A DNA stretch of 64,000 nt from Aggregatilineales bacterium (GTDB lineage Bacteria; Chloroflexota; Anaerolineae; Aggregatilineales; Phototrophicaceae). The notes beneath the pieces are model-generated. The model worked only from the letters and a program-made list of their open reading frames with translations, made no database searches and was not told the origin of the DNA. Below, piece by piece: positions 28,607 through 38,113 of this stretch (position 1 is the first letter of the stretch; each line of letters begins with the position of its first letter). Made by a program: the position numbers and the translations under genes. The stretch spans positions 1,167,187 to 1,231,186 of the forward strand of contig CAXXTM010000002.1 in the NCBI GenBank assembly GCA_963663445.2, written 5' to 3'.

Positions 28607-31504
28607 CTAGTCTTCTCCTAGTGGCGCTACTTCGTTGGGAAAAGCGATTGCCTCGATGATGATGCCCAAGCCGCCCATCACCGTGAGGGCGATCGCGATT
28701 TCGAAGATCAACGAAGAGTTGATATGCAAACCGAAGGAGCCAACCAATTCGTAAAGCCCGAGGGCTTTGTCGAATTCAATATGACCCATAAAGCCAGCCC
28801 CTAGAAAAATTGGCAACAATGCGTTGAGCAGGGCGATAGTCAGCCCGAGGCGGGTTAATTGCGCGGGACGGAACCAGGGCAACTGCTGCGTCGCTTCGTG
28901 ATAGCCGAGCACAACATACCAAAGCGAGACTGCCAGGCCGATAGTCACGCCAGCGGTGAAGCCATCGCCGGGACCGTTGCCGCCATAGAGTATCTGCGCG
29001 ATGCCAATCAGAATCGCTATGGGCAGAACAATTGTGGAAACGGAACGGGTGAAAGGCGTCGATAGGTCGGTGGCGTCTTGAACGCCCCCGACGACGTCGG
29101 CGTCGAATTCTTGCAGTCGTTTAACATTGTCGATACGCGGCGCTAGCGGTCCGCTGCCCCTGCGCCCGCGAGCGAGGAGAGTCAGCACGCCCAGCGCGGC
29201 GGTTGTGAATACAGTGATTTCCAGCAAAGTATCGGTTCCGCGGAAGGCGGCAACGATAGCGCCGACGACATCTTCTGTGTTCACCGCAGGCGTATTTTCG
29301 AGGTGCCAAGCGGCGATGCTGCTGCGTTCGGCTCTGTTTTGCAGGGCGATCAGCGAGAAGACAAATACCGCCAAGCCGATGACGATCGAGATGCCGAGAT
29401 CGCGCAGAAGCCCAAAGTTGCGCTGGTGCCTGCCGCTCCACAAGTTGTTGATCACGCGGCGGCGCGTCGAAGCGCTAATCCTGCCCAACATAATGATAAT
29501 GAGCACCGTGGCCATGGTTTCCACCAACAATTGGACCAGCGCCACATCGGGCGCGTGCTCTATCAAGAATATGACGCCAATGGCATAACCGATGACGCCA
29601 AAGGCGATGGCCGCCTTGACATGTTCGCGCACGGCGACCGTTAACACGCCGGCTGCCACCGCCAGTATGAGCATGAAGATTTTTGCCAGGTCGATAATCG
29701 TCACGGAAAGGTCGGACGGGAACAATGTCTCGCCCGCCGTTACCGTGCTCAACGTTCCCGAAGCGATTAAGACCGTCGATACCGTGCCAAGAATAATCAC
29801 CAGATAGTAGCGGACATAGCCCGATTGACTGCGCAAAATGTTATCCCCAGCCCAATCGATATAGGCGATCATTTCGCGGTAGACGCTGTCGCCGGACAGG
29901 GGGAATCCAATGACTTTGATCAAATGTCTGCGGAAGACAAAGAGCGCGATGCCCCCAGCCAAGATCGTCATGCTCAGCCAAAACACGTTATTGAAACCTG
30001 CGAAAACATGGAGCTCGAAGGCTTTCGGAACTGCCAATTCCAATAGCGGCACGATGACCGGTTCTATCAAAACGCCCAAAAGCAGTGACCCCAGAGACAA
30101 AATGACCGGTCCCAAGCGAATCGGAGAAGGCGGCTGGTGGAAATGGATCTCATGCCGCGCCGGCTTCCAGAACAGGTCATAGACGAGCATATAAGCGGCC
30201 AATGCCGTGAAGATCGAGCTCGCTGTCACTACGCCCATAATCAGAATTGTCTGCGGCTGGCTATAATGCAGCATGGCGTCTAACAGGGTTTCTTTGGCGA
30301 CGAAGCCCAGCAAGAATGGCATCCCTGCCATCGAAAGGGCTGAGATAAGGGTGACCAAAAACATCACGGGCATCTGTCTATACAGCCCGCCCAAGCGATC
30401 AATTATCCGCGTGCCTGTGGCGTGATCGATGGTCCCAGCCACCAGGAACAGCGCCGACTTGTATAGCGCATGCGCGATTATCCCCAGGAATGCGGCTTTA
30501 AGACCATTCTGACCGGGCAAGCCAATCATGGCGACGATGGCGCCCAGTTTGCTCACGGTAGAGTAGGCCAGCAGGGCTTTGAGATCGCGCTGTTTTAGCG
30601 CAAAAACGGAGCCCATCAGCATTGTCGCCAGACCAAAAGCAAGCAAAAGTTCCGACCAAAGCGCGTTCTTGTACATCACCGGCGACAAGCGAGCGAAGAG
30701 GAAAATGCCGGCTTTCACCATGGTCGCGCTGTGCAAATAGGCGCTGGCCGGGGTGGGCGCGCTCATGGCGCCGGGCAGCCAAAAATGGAAGGGGAACTGA
30801 GCGCTCTTGGTTAAGCCGCCAAGCAAAATCAATACTGTGAAAATCGGGAACCATTCGTGTTGGTGCAGGTCCTCGGTCTGCAAGATCTCGCCGATATCAG
30901 CGACAAAGCGGATGCCGCCTTCGGGATACAGGATTTGACCGCAAGCCACACCCAGAATGACCATCCCAATAATCAGCGCGAGGGCGCCGGCGCCGGTAAC
31001 AAATAAGGCTTTGAAAGCCCCCGCGCGGGCTTCGGCGCTTTGTTTGCCCGTGAACCCGATCAGCATGAAGGAGGTGACGCTTGTCAGTTCCCAGCCGACG
31101 AAGGTTAGCAGCAAATTGCCCGACAGAATGACCATCAACATGGCGCCGGCAAAAGCCAGTAGCCAGGAAATAAAGCGCCGGTGTTCGGCTGCGTCGTCGA
31201 AATAGTAGCCGGCGTAAAGGAATATAAGAGCGCCGACCCCGGTCACGATTAAGGCAAATATCGTTGCCAGCCCATCGACGTAAAAGTTGAGGCTGATGCC
31301 CAGAGACGGGATCCAATCTAGCCCGTAAACGATGAGTTTTTCTTCATGCAAGCGCGGGAGCGCCAACAAGACTGTGACAAACATACCAGCCATGGCGACG
31401 GTAGATATGACCGTTTGCCCGAACTTGGAAAGATATTTTAGCGGTGGTATGACCAGCAATAAGGCCAGCAAAAACGGTACAGCTGTGATTAGTGCGAATT
31501 CCAT
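28607..31504 (-). CDS. mrpA: Na+/H+ antiporter Mrp subunit A fused to subunit B (NuoL-like plus MrpB domain)
   Basis: 965 aa. NuoL-like core (KSAQFPFHFWLPGAM) plus a C-terminal extension long enough to cover MrpB. There is no separate mrpB gene between A and C. Confidence 0.9.
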   Translation of the reverse strand: MEFALITAVPFLLALLLVIPPLKYLSKFGQTVISTVAMAGMFVTVLLALPRLHEEKLIVYGLDWIPSLGISLNFYVDGLATIFALIVTGVGALIFLYAGYYFDDAAEHRRFISWLLAFAGAMLMVILSGNLLLTFVGWELTSVTSFMLIGFTGKQSAEARAGAFKALFVTGAGALALIIGMVILGVACGQILYPEGGIRFVADIGEILQTEDLHQHEWFPIFTVLILLGGLTKSAQFPFHFWLPGAMSAPTPASAYLHSATMVKAGIFLFARLSPVMYKNALWSELLLAFGLATMLMGSVFALKQRDLKALLAYSTVSKLGAIVAMIGLPGQNGLKAAFLGIIAHALYKSALFLVAGTIDHATGTRIIDRLGGLYRQMPVMFLVTLISALSMAGMPFLLGFVAKETLLDAMLHYSQPQTILIMGVVTASSIFTALAAYMLVYDLFWKPARHEIHFHQPPSPIRLGPVILSLGSLLLGVLIEPVIVPLLELAVPKAFELHVFAGFNNVFWLSMTILAGGIALFVFRRHLIKVIGFPLSGDSVYREMIAYIDWAGDNILRSQSGYVRYYLVIILGTVSTVLIASGTLSTVTAGETLFPSDLSVTIIDLAKIFMLILAVAAGVLTVAVREHVKAAIAFGVIGYAIGVIFLIEHAPDVALVQLLVETMATVLIIIMLGRISASTRRRVINNLWSGRHQRNFGLLRDLGISIVIGLAVFVFSLIALQNRAERSSIAAWHLENTPAVNTEDVVGAIVAAFRGTDTLLEITVFTTAALGVLTLLARGRRGSGPLAPRIDNVKRLQEFDADVVGGVQDATDLSTPFTRSVSTIVLPIAILIGIAQILYGGNGPGDGFTAGVTIGLAVSLWYVVLGYHEATQQLPWFRPAQLTRLGLTIALLNALLPIFLGAGFMGHIEFDKALGLYELVGSFGLHINSSLIFEIAIALTVMGGLGIIIEAIAFPNEVAPLGED

Positions 31505-31780
31505 TGATAGGCTTGCTCAACTAATTCGAATTCAAATTCCCAATAGCCGCAAGACAACTATCTTACATTAGCGCCAAGCCATGTCCAGCCGACAACATAG
31601 GCAATTCGTCCAGCGGCAGCGATATTGTCGCATGACTGTCATCGCCGTAGTCGAACGCGGAAGAGCAAGCCTAATTTGTCGGGGCGATAATCCAATGGTG
31701 ATTTCAGCTAAGCGCATTATGTCGCTTGTATTGAAATGGAACAAAGGATCTCTTGAACGCGCCAGCTCGGTCCCCTCCGT

Positions 31781-32818
31781 TTAGGAACCCAGCTTGCGCC
31801 GCAGCGCCGCGCTCAAGGCCGGAACAACCTCATATAAATCGCCAACGACGCCATAATGCGCGAGTTTGAAGATCGGCGCCGCGGCGTCTTTGTTGATCGC
31901 CACGATAATCTTGCTGCCGCGCATGCCCGCTTGGTGCTGTATCGCGCCGCTAATCCCGCAGGCGATGTATAGATCGGGATTGACAATTTTGCCCGTCTGC
32001 CCAACTTGGTGTTCATAGGCGATATAGCCGGCGTCGACGGCGGCTCTGCTTGCGCCGACAGCGGCGCCCAGGACCGCCGCCAGAGGGCGCAGCGTATGCT
32101 TGAAGCCGTCTTTGGCTTTCCAGACATTGGGGTCTGCGGCGCCAATGTCTGAGGGAACTTTTTTGGGATTATTCGCCAAGCCGCGGCCGCCGCTGACGAT
32201 TATTGCCGCGTCCGTCAGGTTCACATCGTGAACCGCGTCCCGAAAGGGCTCCGCCTCAACTGCGATGTCTTGCATGGTCCAGTCAGTCTGGACTTCCGTG
32301 ATACTCACAGAGGCATGGGAATCTTTTGCAGCGGCTTGAAATGCCCGCCCGCGGACCGTGATGAAAGTCGTAGCCGTGTTGGATGTCATTTCCATCGCGA
32401 CTTTGCCGGCGTAAGCGGGGCGGGTCGCTATAATCTTGCCCCGGTCCAACCGCAGTTCCGTGGCCTCCGCGATTAGCCCGCTTTCGGTATCAACTGCGCT
32501 GCTCGCGAGCAGCTCGCGGCCGCGGTTGCTGCCGACAGCCAATACAAAGGCCGGCTGATGCGCTTTGACCAGGTCGGTCATGAGCTGGGTATATGCTTCG
32601 AGCTGGTATTCGCTCAGCGCTTCGTCCTCGCAAATGAAAGCATTTTCCGCGCCGAAACCCCCCGCTTCAGCAGCGATTGCGCGCGCATTTTCTCCAAATA
32701 CAAGCGCGGCAACATCGCTTCCCAGTTTGTCAGCGAGTGATTTGCCAGCGGCAAGCGCTTCCCAACTGGCGGGATTCGCGCGACCGGCGTATGACTCTAT
32801 CCAGACAAAAACGCTCAC
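31781..32818 (-). CDS. etfA: Electron transfer flavoprotein alpha subunit
   Basis: [22 protein letters not shown] motif. GTG 32818 overlaps the etfB stop (GTGA). The track ORF N-terminal extension is out of register with EtfA. Confidence 0.9.
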   Translation of the reverse strand: MSVFVWIESYAGRANPASWEALAAGKSLADKLGSDVAALVFGENARAIAAEAGGFGAENAFICEDEALSEYQLEAYTQLMTDLVKAHQPAFVLAVGSNRGRELLASSAVDTESGLIAEATELRLDRGKIIATRPAYAGKVAMEMTSNTATTFITVRGRAFQAAAKDSHASVSITEVQTDWTMQDIAVEAEPFRDAVHDVNLTDAAIIVSGGRGLANNPKKVPSDIGAADPNVWKAKDGFKHTLRPLAAVLGAAVGASRAAVDAGYIAYEHQVGQTGKIVNPDLYIACGISGAIQHQAGMRGSKIIVAINKDAAAPIFKLAHYGVVGDLYEVVPALSAALRRKLGS

Positions 32819-33597
32819 AGCACTTTCTCCTCGAACAGGCGCTCGGCCAGGTTCGCTGCTTTTTCCGCCGCGTCCTTGCCGGTGATAATTTCCGTCGCAA
32901 CGACGCGAGGCGCTGGATTGTGATATGCCAGGATGGACGTGGCGGCGACTGGCGCCTCGACACCCATATCCGCCGCCGACCAAACCGGTATCTGCGCTTT
33001 TGCCGCTTTGCGTATACCCAAAAAGTTGGGATAACGCGGTTCGTTTATGCCCTTCAGCACGGATACGACCGACGGCAGCCGCGCCGACAAGACGCGCTTG
33101 CCCTGTTCCAGCGTCTGTTCCACGCGGATCGTTCCCGCAACCGCATCAAGGGCGATGATATCAGAAACGAAACTCAGCATCGTCCATCCCAGACGCCGCG
33201 CCAATTGATAAGTATGTTGATCCGTCGCGACATCAACGCTTTCCTTGCCGAAGATGATCAATTCAACATTCCCGAGTTTCTTAATGGCGCCGGCCGCCAG
33301 CGCGGACCAGACCAGGCTGTCGCGGATATCCGCCTTTGGCTCGTCAATCCGCAAGGCGTTTGTTATGCCCATCGCGATGCTGTGCTTGAGGGCGTCGTCA
33401 TGGATGGCGGGACCAATGGCGATGACGGTCGCTTCGCCAGCGCTTTTCGTGGCTTGCACGATGCTTTCTTCCAGGGCGTATTCATCCCAGGGATTAACCA
33501 CAGAAGCCACGTCGCCCCAGGCGACCTCGCCCGCTTCATCAACCCAGACTTTTGCGGCTGTATCTGGCGTGCTGCGCGTAAAACTTAGGACATGCAC
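32815..33597 (-). CDS. etfB: Electron transfer flavoprotein beta subunit
   Basis: Colinear EtfB (NPWDEYALEESI, IIFGKESVD). GTG start lies 8 nt after GGAGG. Confidence 0.9.
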   Translation of the reverse strand: MHVLSFTRSTPDTAAKVWVDEAGEVAWGDVASVVNPWDEYALEESIVQATKSAGEATVIAIGPAIHDDALKHSIAMGITNALRIDEPKADIRDSLVWSALAAGAIKKLGNVELIIFGKESVDVATDQHTYQLARRLGWTMLSFVSDIIALDAVAGTIRVEQTLEQGKRVLSARLPSVVSVLKGINEPRYPNFLGIRKAAKAQIPVWSAADMGVEAPVAATSILAYHNPAPRVVATEIITGKDAAEKAANLAERLFEEKVL

Positions 33598-33669
33598 CTG
33601 TAGCGCCTCCTGCCAAAGACCTTAATGAAGGACAGATAGAATCATTCTACCTGTAATTCTTCGTTGAAT

Positions 33670-34446
33670 CTAATTCGAATTGACCGCGCTTGAGGCTGTA
33701 AATGGCGCGAAATCACCCACATCGCGGCAGGCATTGCCATCGGGGAGAATTGTCCTTTGATCCACCTTGACGCTATGCGTGGCGCAGGCGGTCAGGACCG
33801 CTTGAGACAGGTCGGCTCCGCGCAGATCGGTCTGCCAGAGGTTGGCTGTGCTGAGATTTGCGCGGACGAGCCGCGCGCCGCGCAAATCGGCGCGCGCCAG
33901 GTTGGCCGATTGGAGGTTCGCGCCGGACAGATCGGCTCCTTCAAGCCGCGTCTGCCGCAAGCTCGCTTCGCTCAAATCGGCATCTTTCAAGCAGGCTTTG
34001 CGCAGGTCGGAGTAACCGAAGTAAGCGCCGCGCAAGTTGGCGCCGGCAAGTTTGGCATTTGACAGCAGACAGGACGAAAGGGCGACGCCGTTCAGCTTGG
34101 CAGCCGACCAGTCTACTGAATTAAGGCTGCCGTCTTGATAGGCGAGCCGTTCGCGCAGCGCGTCAAGCATGGGCTGGGATTTTGAGCCGCCGCGCCCGTT
34201 GCCTATTTGATCAATGAGGCGATCCGTTGGCACGAACTTGTACCAGCGTAATTGCAAAGATTGTCGCAGGCGCTCTATTACGTGCACGGGCATTTGGACT
34301 TCGATGACGAAGAATTGACGAGCCATCTTAGCGCCGCAGCCAGTTAAAGACAAGACAAACATGCGGCGCGATTGCTCTGGCGAAGGTGCTCGCGCTTTGG
34401 TGACAATGCTTAGCGTTGGAAAAGGTTTTTTGTCGTAATATACCAT
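33670..34446 (-). CDS. Pentapeptide-repeat protein with a non-repeat N-terminal region of about 100 aa
   Basis: C-terminal half is continuous A(D/N)LxX repeats (ANLRGAYFGYSDLRKACLKDADLSEASLRQTRLEGADLSGANLQSANLARADLRGARL...). Start is uncertain (ATG 34446, 34326 or 34293). Confidence 0.8.
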   Translation of the reverse strand: MVYYDKKPFPTLSIVTKARAPSPEQSRRMFVLSLTGCGAKMARQFFVIEVQMPVHVIERLRQSLQLRWYKFVPTDRLIDQIGNGRGGSKSQPMLDALRERLAYQDGSLNSVDWSAAKLNGVALSSCLLSNAKLAGANLRGAYFGYSDLRKACLKDADLSEASLRQTRLEGADLSGANLQSANLARADLRGARLVRANLSTANLWQTDLRGADLSQAVLTACATHSVKVDQRTILPDGNACRDVGDFAPFTASSAVNSN

Positions 34447-34520
34447 GCTAGCGCGCTGGCTGGCTGGTTATGCTAGGCTCTCGTAGCATTGCGCTTTAGG
34501 GTTTTTCAAGAGCGAATCCC

Positions 34521-35054
34521 ATGGAGTTAGTCAGCAAACGAGTGGAGACGCTTGTCACCACTTACCTGGAAATGACTAGCAGATCGGACTTTGCGCCCGC
34601 TTATATCCGAGCTGCCGACATCGAAATCGTGAAGATGGAAATGCCGGATCTGGGTTTCTACAAATTTCTATACCAGTCTGTGGGCGAGGAATGGGCTTGG
34701 CGCGACCGCCTGCAAATGACAAATTCTGAACTTCGCGACATATTGTCTTCGGCGAACACGCAGGTTCATGTTTTGTACGTCAGCGGCTCGCCGGCCGGCT
34801 ACGTGGAATTGTTCCGCCACGCGGACGGTTCGGTGGAAATCGCCTATTTTGGACTGCGAGGCGACTACATGGGACGTGGACTGGGCAAACACCTGCTCAG
34901 CTATGGGGTTGCGCGCGCATGGGATATGGATGCGAGCCGAGTCTGGCTGCATACCTGCAACCTTGACGGTCCGCACGCCTTGACGAATTACCAAAAGCGC
35001 GGGTTTCAGGTCTATAAGGTGGAGGAAGAACCGCTGCCAGCGCTTTACGCTTAA
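34521..35054 (+). CDS. GNAT family N-acetyltransferase
   Basis: Acetyl-CoA loop MGRGLGKHLL and C-terminal NYQKRGF. Confidence 0.8.
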   Translation: MELVSKRVETLVTTYLEMTSRSDFAPAYIRAADIEIVKMEMPDLGFYKFLYQSVGEEWAWRDRLQMTNSELRDILSSANTQVHVLYVSGSPAGYVELFRHADGSVEIAYFGLRGDYMGRGLGKHLLSYGVARAWDMDASRVWLHTCNLDGPHALTNYQKRGFQVYKVEEEPLPALYA

Positions 35055-36112
35055 TCTGTTTGCTGACCTTGCGACTGTTCTTTCAAATCCGCGACTATCG
35101 CCGCAATTGCTTCCGGATTCCAATCAGCGAATACGAGACAGACTCGATCGGCGAGGTCGCTGTAGCGTTGACGTATCGCGGCAGCCACTCGCTGCGGCTC
35201 GGCCACGATCGCGATCTCACGCAGAATATCTTCAGGTATGCTGCGCCAAATGGAACCGCTGTCGCCAGAATGCACAGCTGCCCGAAGCGTCTCTAAGTTT
35301 TCTTCCCAGCCATGGTATTCCGCAAAGGAGCGATTGCTTCGGGACAGGGCGTAGCGCGCGATTTCCATCCCAGATTCTTTCCCAGATTCTTTCCCAGTAT
35401 CTTTCCGCGACTCATATTCCTTTTCCATCATATCCGGCGCGCATACCAGTACTGGAACCGCGAGCTCGCATGATTCAAGGGCTCTGCCCGCGCTTTCGAG
35501 CCCTCGGGCTAGATGTGGCAGGATCACATCGCGCAGATATGGCTGCGAATGCAGCAGGTTCGCATGCAGTCCTTGGCATTGTTCCCCGGCTAAGGCATAG
35601 ATATCGCTACCGTCTCCCGACAGGAAAATCGGAATCTCCGGGCGCGTAATCGGTCCCGGATTGAAGAAAGGCGCCATCAACCGAAACTGATAATGCCGCC
35701 CGCGAAAACGCAAGCGTTCATCGTATTGGAAAGTGCGCCAGATCGCTCGCAAGCTCTCAAGGTATTCGCGCATTACACCCACGCTATCGAGGGCTTGGCC
35801 ACCTTGACCGGCGGGGTGGAATTGGGGCATTTCCGCATCCAGCCCCAGCACGAAGCGCCCGCCGCTTTGCCGCGCCAGATCCCAAGCTATCTGCGCGCTA
35901 ATCATGGGGCTGCGCGCTATGGCTTGGGCTGCCATCGCGCCAAGCGTGAAGGGACCTTGCGCGTCCTGCGCCGCTATAGTTAATGGAAAAAACGGATTGC
36001 TCCGCCATTCGACGCTCCAAGCCGCGTCGAATCCCCAGGTCCGCGCTTTTAACATCCGCTCGGCATCGGCGCGGAGATCACTGCTGGGCTGCAAGACAAT
36101 ATCGATTTTCAA
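35051..36112 (-). CDS. Luciferase-like (LLM class) flavin/F420-dependent oxidoreductase
   Basis: (L)KIDIVLQP... N-terminus typical of LLM TIM barrels, with LLM-like blocks throughout. TTG 36112 was chosen to avoid overlap with the upstream gene. Start is uncertain. Confidence 0.75.
   Translation of the reverse strand: MKIDIVLQPSSDLRADAERMLKARTWGFDAAWSVEWRSNPFFPLTIAAQDAQGPFTLGAMAAQAIARSPMISAQIAWDLARQSGGRFVLGLDAEMPQFHPAGQGGQALDSVGVMREYLESLRAIWRTFQYDERLRFRGRHYQFRLMAPFFNPGPITRPEIPIFLSGDGSDIYALAGEQCQGLHANLLHSQPYLRDVILPHLARGLESAGRALESCELAVPVLVCAPDMMEKEYESRKDTGKESGKESGMEIARYALSRSNRSFAEYHGWEENLETLRAAVHSGDSGSIWRSIPEDILREIAIVAEPQRVAAAIRQRYSDLADRVCLVFADWNPEAIAAIVADLKEQSQGQQTD
35369..35404. repeat. In-frame 12-nt tandem repeat x3 (CCCAGATTCTTT, CCCAGATTCTTT, CCCAGTATCTTT) encoding KDTG-KESG-KESG inside the LLM gene
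   Basis: Read directly from the sequence. Two copies are perfect; the third has two changes. Confidence 0.9.
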
Positions 36113-36147
36113 ATTGGTTTTCTTTCGCAGCAGACCGGGTCTTGATC

Positions 36148-36873
36148 CTAGAACACCAGATAGCGCTCGTTCTCTTTGAACCAATGATCCCATTTTCTGT
36201 AGTCTGGACTATGCTTTTCAAGCAGTTCCCAGTAAGACTTGCTGTGGTTCAGCTCGCGCAAGTGGCATAGCTCGTGAATGATGACGCTGTCAATCGCGCC
36301 GGGCGGGGTCATCATCAACCTCATGTTGAAGTTCAGATTACGCTTGCCGGAACAGCTTCCCCATAAGGTTTTCTGGTTTTTGATCCTGATATTGTTAAAG
36401 ACGAAACCGTGTATAACAGCCAGTTCTTGGGCCCGCGGCGGCAGATAGTACTTTGCTCGTTGGCGATAAAAGTTTTCGATTACTGATCGAATAAGTCTTG
36501 TATCGTCCATAAAAGCCAGTGGGAGCTTCACCTCTAGCCGATTCTCCATATTCTGCGCCGAGACTTGTTCTTGATTCTCCCATTCTATCAAGCTGAGAGT
36601 AAGATTTTCGCCGAGGTAGGGGAAAATAGCGCCCTGTTTATAGCTCCTTGTGAACGGTTTGTGATTTTGGTAGTCGCGCTGTTTCTGAAGCGCTTTCAGC
36701 ACCCAAGCCCGCTTTTGCATGAACACTTCTTCGGGGCTTGCCTGCTTTGGTCCCAGGGGATAGACAATCTGGAATCCGCGCTCCAGGTCAAATCGCAGGC
36801 TGATGCGCTTTGCGCGTTTGCTCTTGCGCACGCTGTATTCGATGGTTTGACCTTGCAGTTCAATCGTTGGCAT
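36148..36873 (-). CDS. DUF45/YgjP-like zinc metallohydrolase (M48-like HExxH)
   Basis: IHELCHLRELNHS motif near the C-terminus. N-terminus MPTIELQGQTIEYSVRKSKRAKRISLRF is typical of the family. ATG 36873 overlaps the upstream stop (TGATG). Confidence 0.8.
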   Translation of the reverse strand: MPTIELQGQTIEYSVRKSKRAKRISLRFDLERGFQIVYPLGPKQASPEEVFMQKRAWVLKALQKQRDYQNHKPFTRSYKQGAIFPYLGENLTLSLIEWENQEQVSAQNMENRLEVKLPLAFMDDTRLIRSVIENFYRQRAKYYLPPRAQELAVIHGFVFNNIRIKNQKTLWGSCSGKRNLNFNMRLMMTPPGAIDSVIIHELCHLRELNHSKSYWELLEKHSPDYRKWDHWFKENERYLVF

Positions 36874-37892
36874 CAGTTTCCCATCGCCTTTGCGGCCTGT
36901 TCCCATATCACGCGCCTGCCACGATCGTCCGGTTGAAAGGGAATATAGTATCCGATGCGATCAAGCAAGCTATCGTAGCGTTCGCGCAGGCGATAGGGCA
37001 GTTCGTCGGGCGGCGCGATCACCGCGAAATGTTCAAGCATGTCGTCGCTGATTAAGCTATGCATTTCATCCCAGCGCTGGCGCCGCAATAGCGTGTTCAG
37101 TTGAGGAACCAGGTCTTGCCAGCCGTGCAGCTCCAGGACGCGGCTATAGCTCGGTGTGCTGGCGTAAAAGGCGATCTGAGACTTGCTGAGCAACTTGCTT
37201 TCTTCAATTTGAGCTTCTGTTTCTCCTGTGACGACGAACACGGCGCAAGACAGTAAGAGCTTGTCTGACCTACCGGAACGGGCGCGCCCAGCTGCGAAAG
37301 CTGGCGCCAATACTTCTCGCAAGTATTGCGGCGTATGAAAGGAATGAATGTGGAAGCCGTCACATAGCTCGCCGGCCAGCCTCGCCAAGCCGGTATTGAC
37401 CCCGGCGATGTAAATCGGGATATCATGTTCCGCCGTCTGAGCCGATGACCATTGCGGGGGAGCCCAATCATAGCTGTAATATTCGCCCTCGAAATTCAAA
37501 GGCTGGCAAGCGCGCGAGCTGCGCCAGGCCAGGTTTAAGACCTTTATGTACTCGCGAATCTGTTGAAGCGGCTTGGCCCAAGTCGCGCTAAAGCGCTTGG
37601 TGATATGCGGTTTGATTTGCGTGCCCAAGCCAAGGATGAAGCGACCGCGCGACTGGGTTGCCAGGTCCAGCGCAGTCTGCGCCATCAGCAATGGATCGCG
37701 GGGGAAAGCGACCGCGATAGCGGTGCCCAGGGAGATATGACGCGTCGCCACGGCAGCATGGGCTAGGGGCAGGAAGGGATTATGCGCGGCTTCGGCGACC
37801 CATAAGCCGTCAAAACCATAATCTTCGACAGCTTCCGCAATTGACGCGGCTTTGTTCAAGTCATCGACGAAAACACTTACATCGAATTTCAT
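36873..37892 (-). CDS. Luciferase-like (LLM class) flavin/F420-dependent oxidoreductase
   Basis: MKFDVSVFV.....AASIAEAVEDYGFDGLWVAE N-terminus typical of LLM enzymes. 339 aa. Confidence 0.85.
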   Translation of the reverse strand: MKFDVSVFVDDLNKAASIAEAVEDYGFDGLWVAEAAHNPFLPLAHAAVATRHISLGTAIAVAFPRDPLLMAQTALDLATQSRGRFILGLGTQIKPHITKRFSATWAKPLQQIREYIKVLNLAWRSSRACQPLNFEGEYYSYDWAPPQWSSAQTAEHDIPIYIAGVNTGLARLAGELCDGFHIHSFHTPQYLREVLAPAFAAGRARSGRSDKLLLSCAVFVVTGETEAQIEESKLLSKSQIAFYASTPSYSRVLELHGWQDLVPQLNTLLRRQRWDEMHSLISDDMLEHFAVIAPPDELPYRLRERYDSLLDRIGYYIPFQPDDRGRRVIWEQAAKAMGN

Positions 37893-37921
37893 GAATCAAT
37901 CTCGATAGCCTGTGGACAGCC

Positions 37922-37950
37922 ATTGTATCTCATAGCCAATGTCCTATGAA
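37922..37950 (-). promoter_or_regulatory. Candidate promoter for the LLM-DUF45-LLM operon: -35 TTCATA, 17-nt spacer, -10 TACAAT (minus strand)
   Basis: Reverse complement of 37945-37950 and of 37922-27. Confidence 0.3.
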
Positions 37951-38020
37951 GTTTGGAATTGGCGCCTTCTGACAGGCGCATTCGGGCCTTCATAACATAG
38001 TCGCTTGCGGTCGACAAAAG

Positions 38021-38029
38021 TGCTATAAT
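38021..38029 (+). promoter_or_regulatory. Extended -10 element TGCTATAAT upstream of the AI-2E transporter gene
   Basis: TG at 38021-38022 and TATAAT at 38024-38029. Confidence 0.4.
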
Positions 38030-38113
38030 CTCTTTTGCTTGGTATGCGTATCTTGAGCATTGCCTCGTCAACAATAGATTTTATTTGCAAATCGATATCG
38101 CCAGGGAGGACCT

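Noticed and set aside
31581-31784. 67-aa plus-strand ORF in the mrpA-etfA intergenic region
   Set aside because: It has no Shine-Dalgarno sequence and no motifs, and its composition is basic. The region is more likely the mrp promoter and leader on the minus strand.
37889-38074. 61-aa minus-strand ORF ending in an ATGA overlap with the LLM gene, considered as a RiPP-like precursor or leader peptide
   Set aside because: It has a TTG start and no Shine-Dalgarno sequence. Most of it lies upstream of the best promoter candidate for the operon (37922-37950). It overlaps the divergent AI-2E promoter, and its sequence has no core-peptide-like features.
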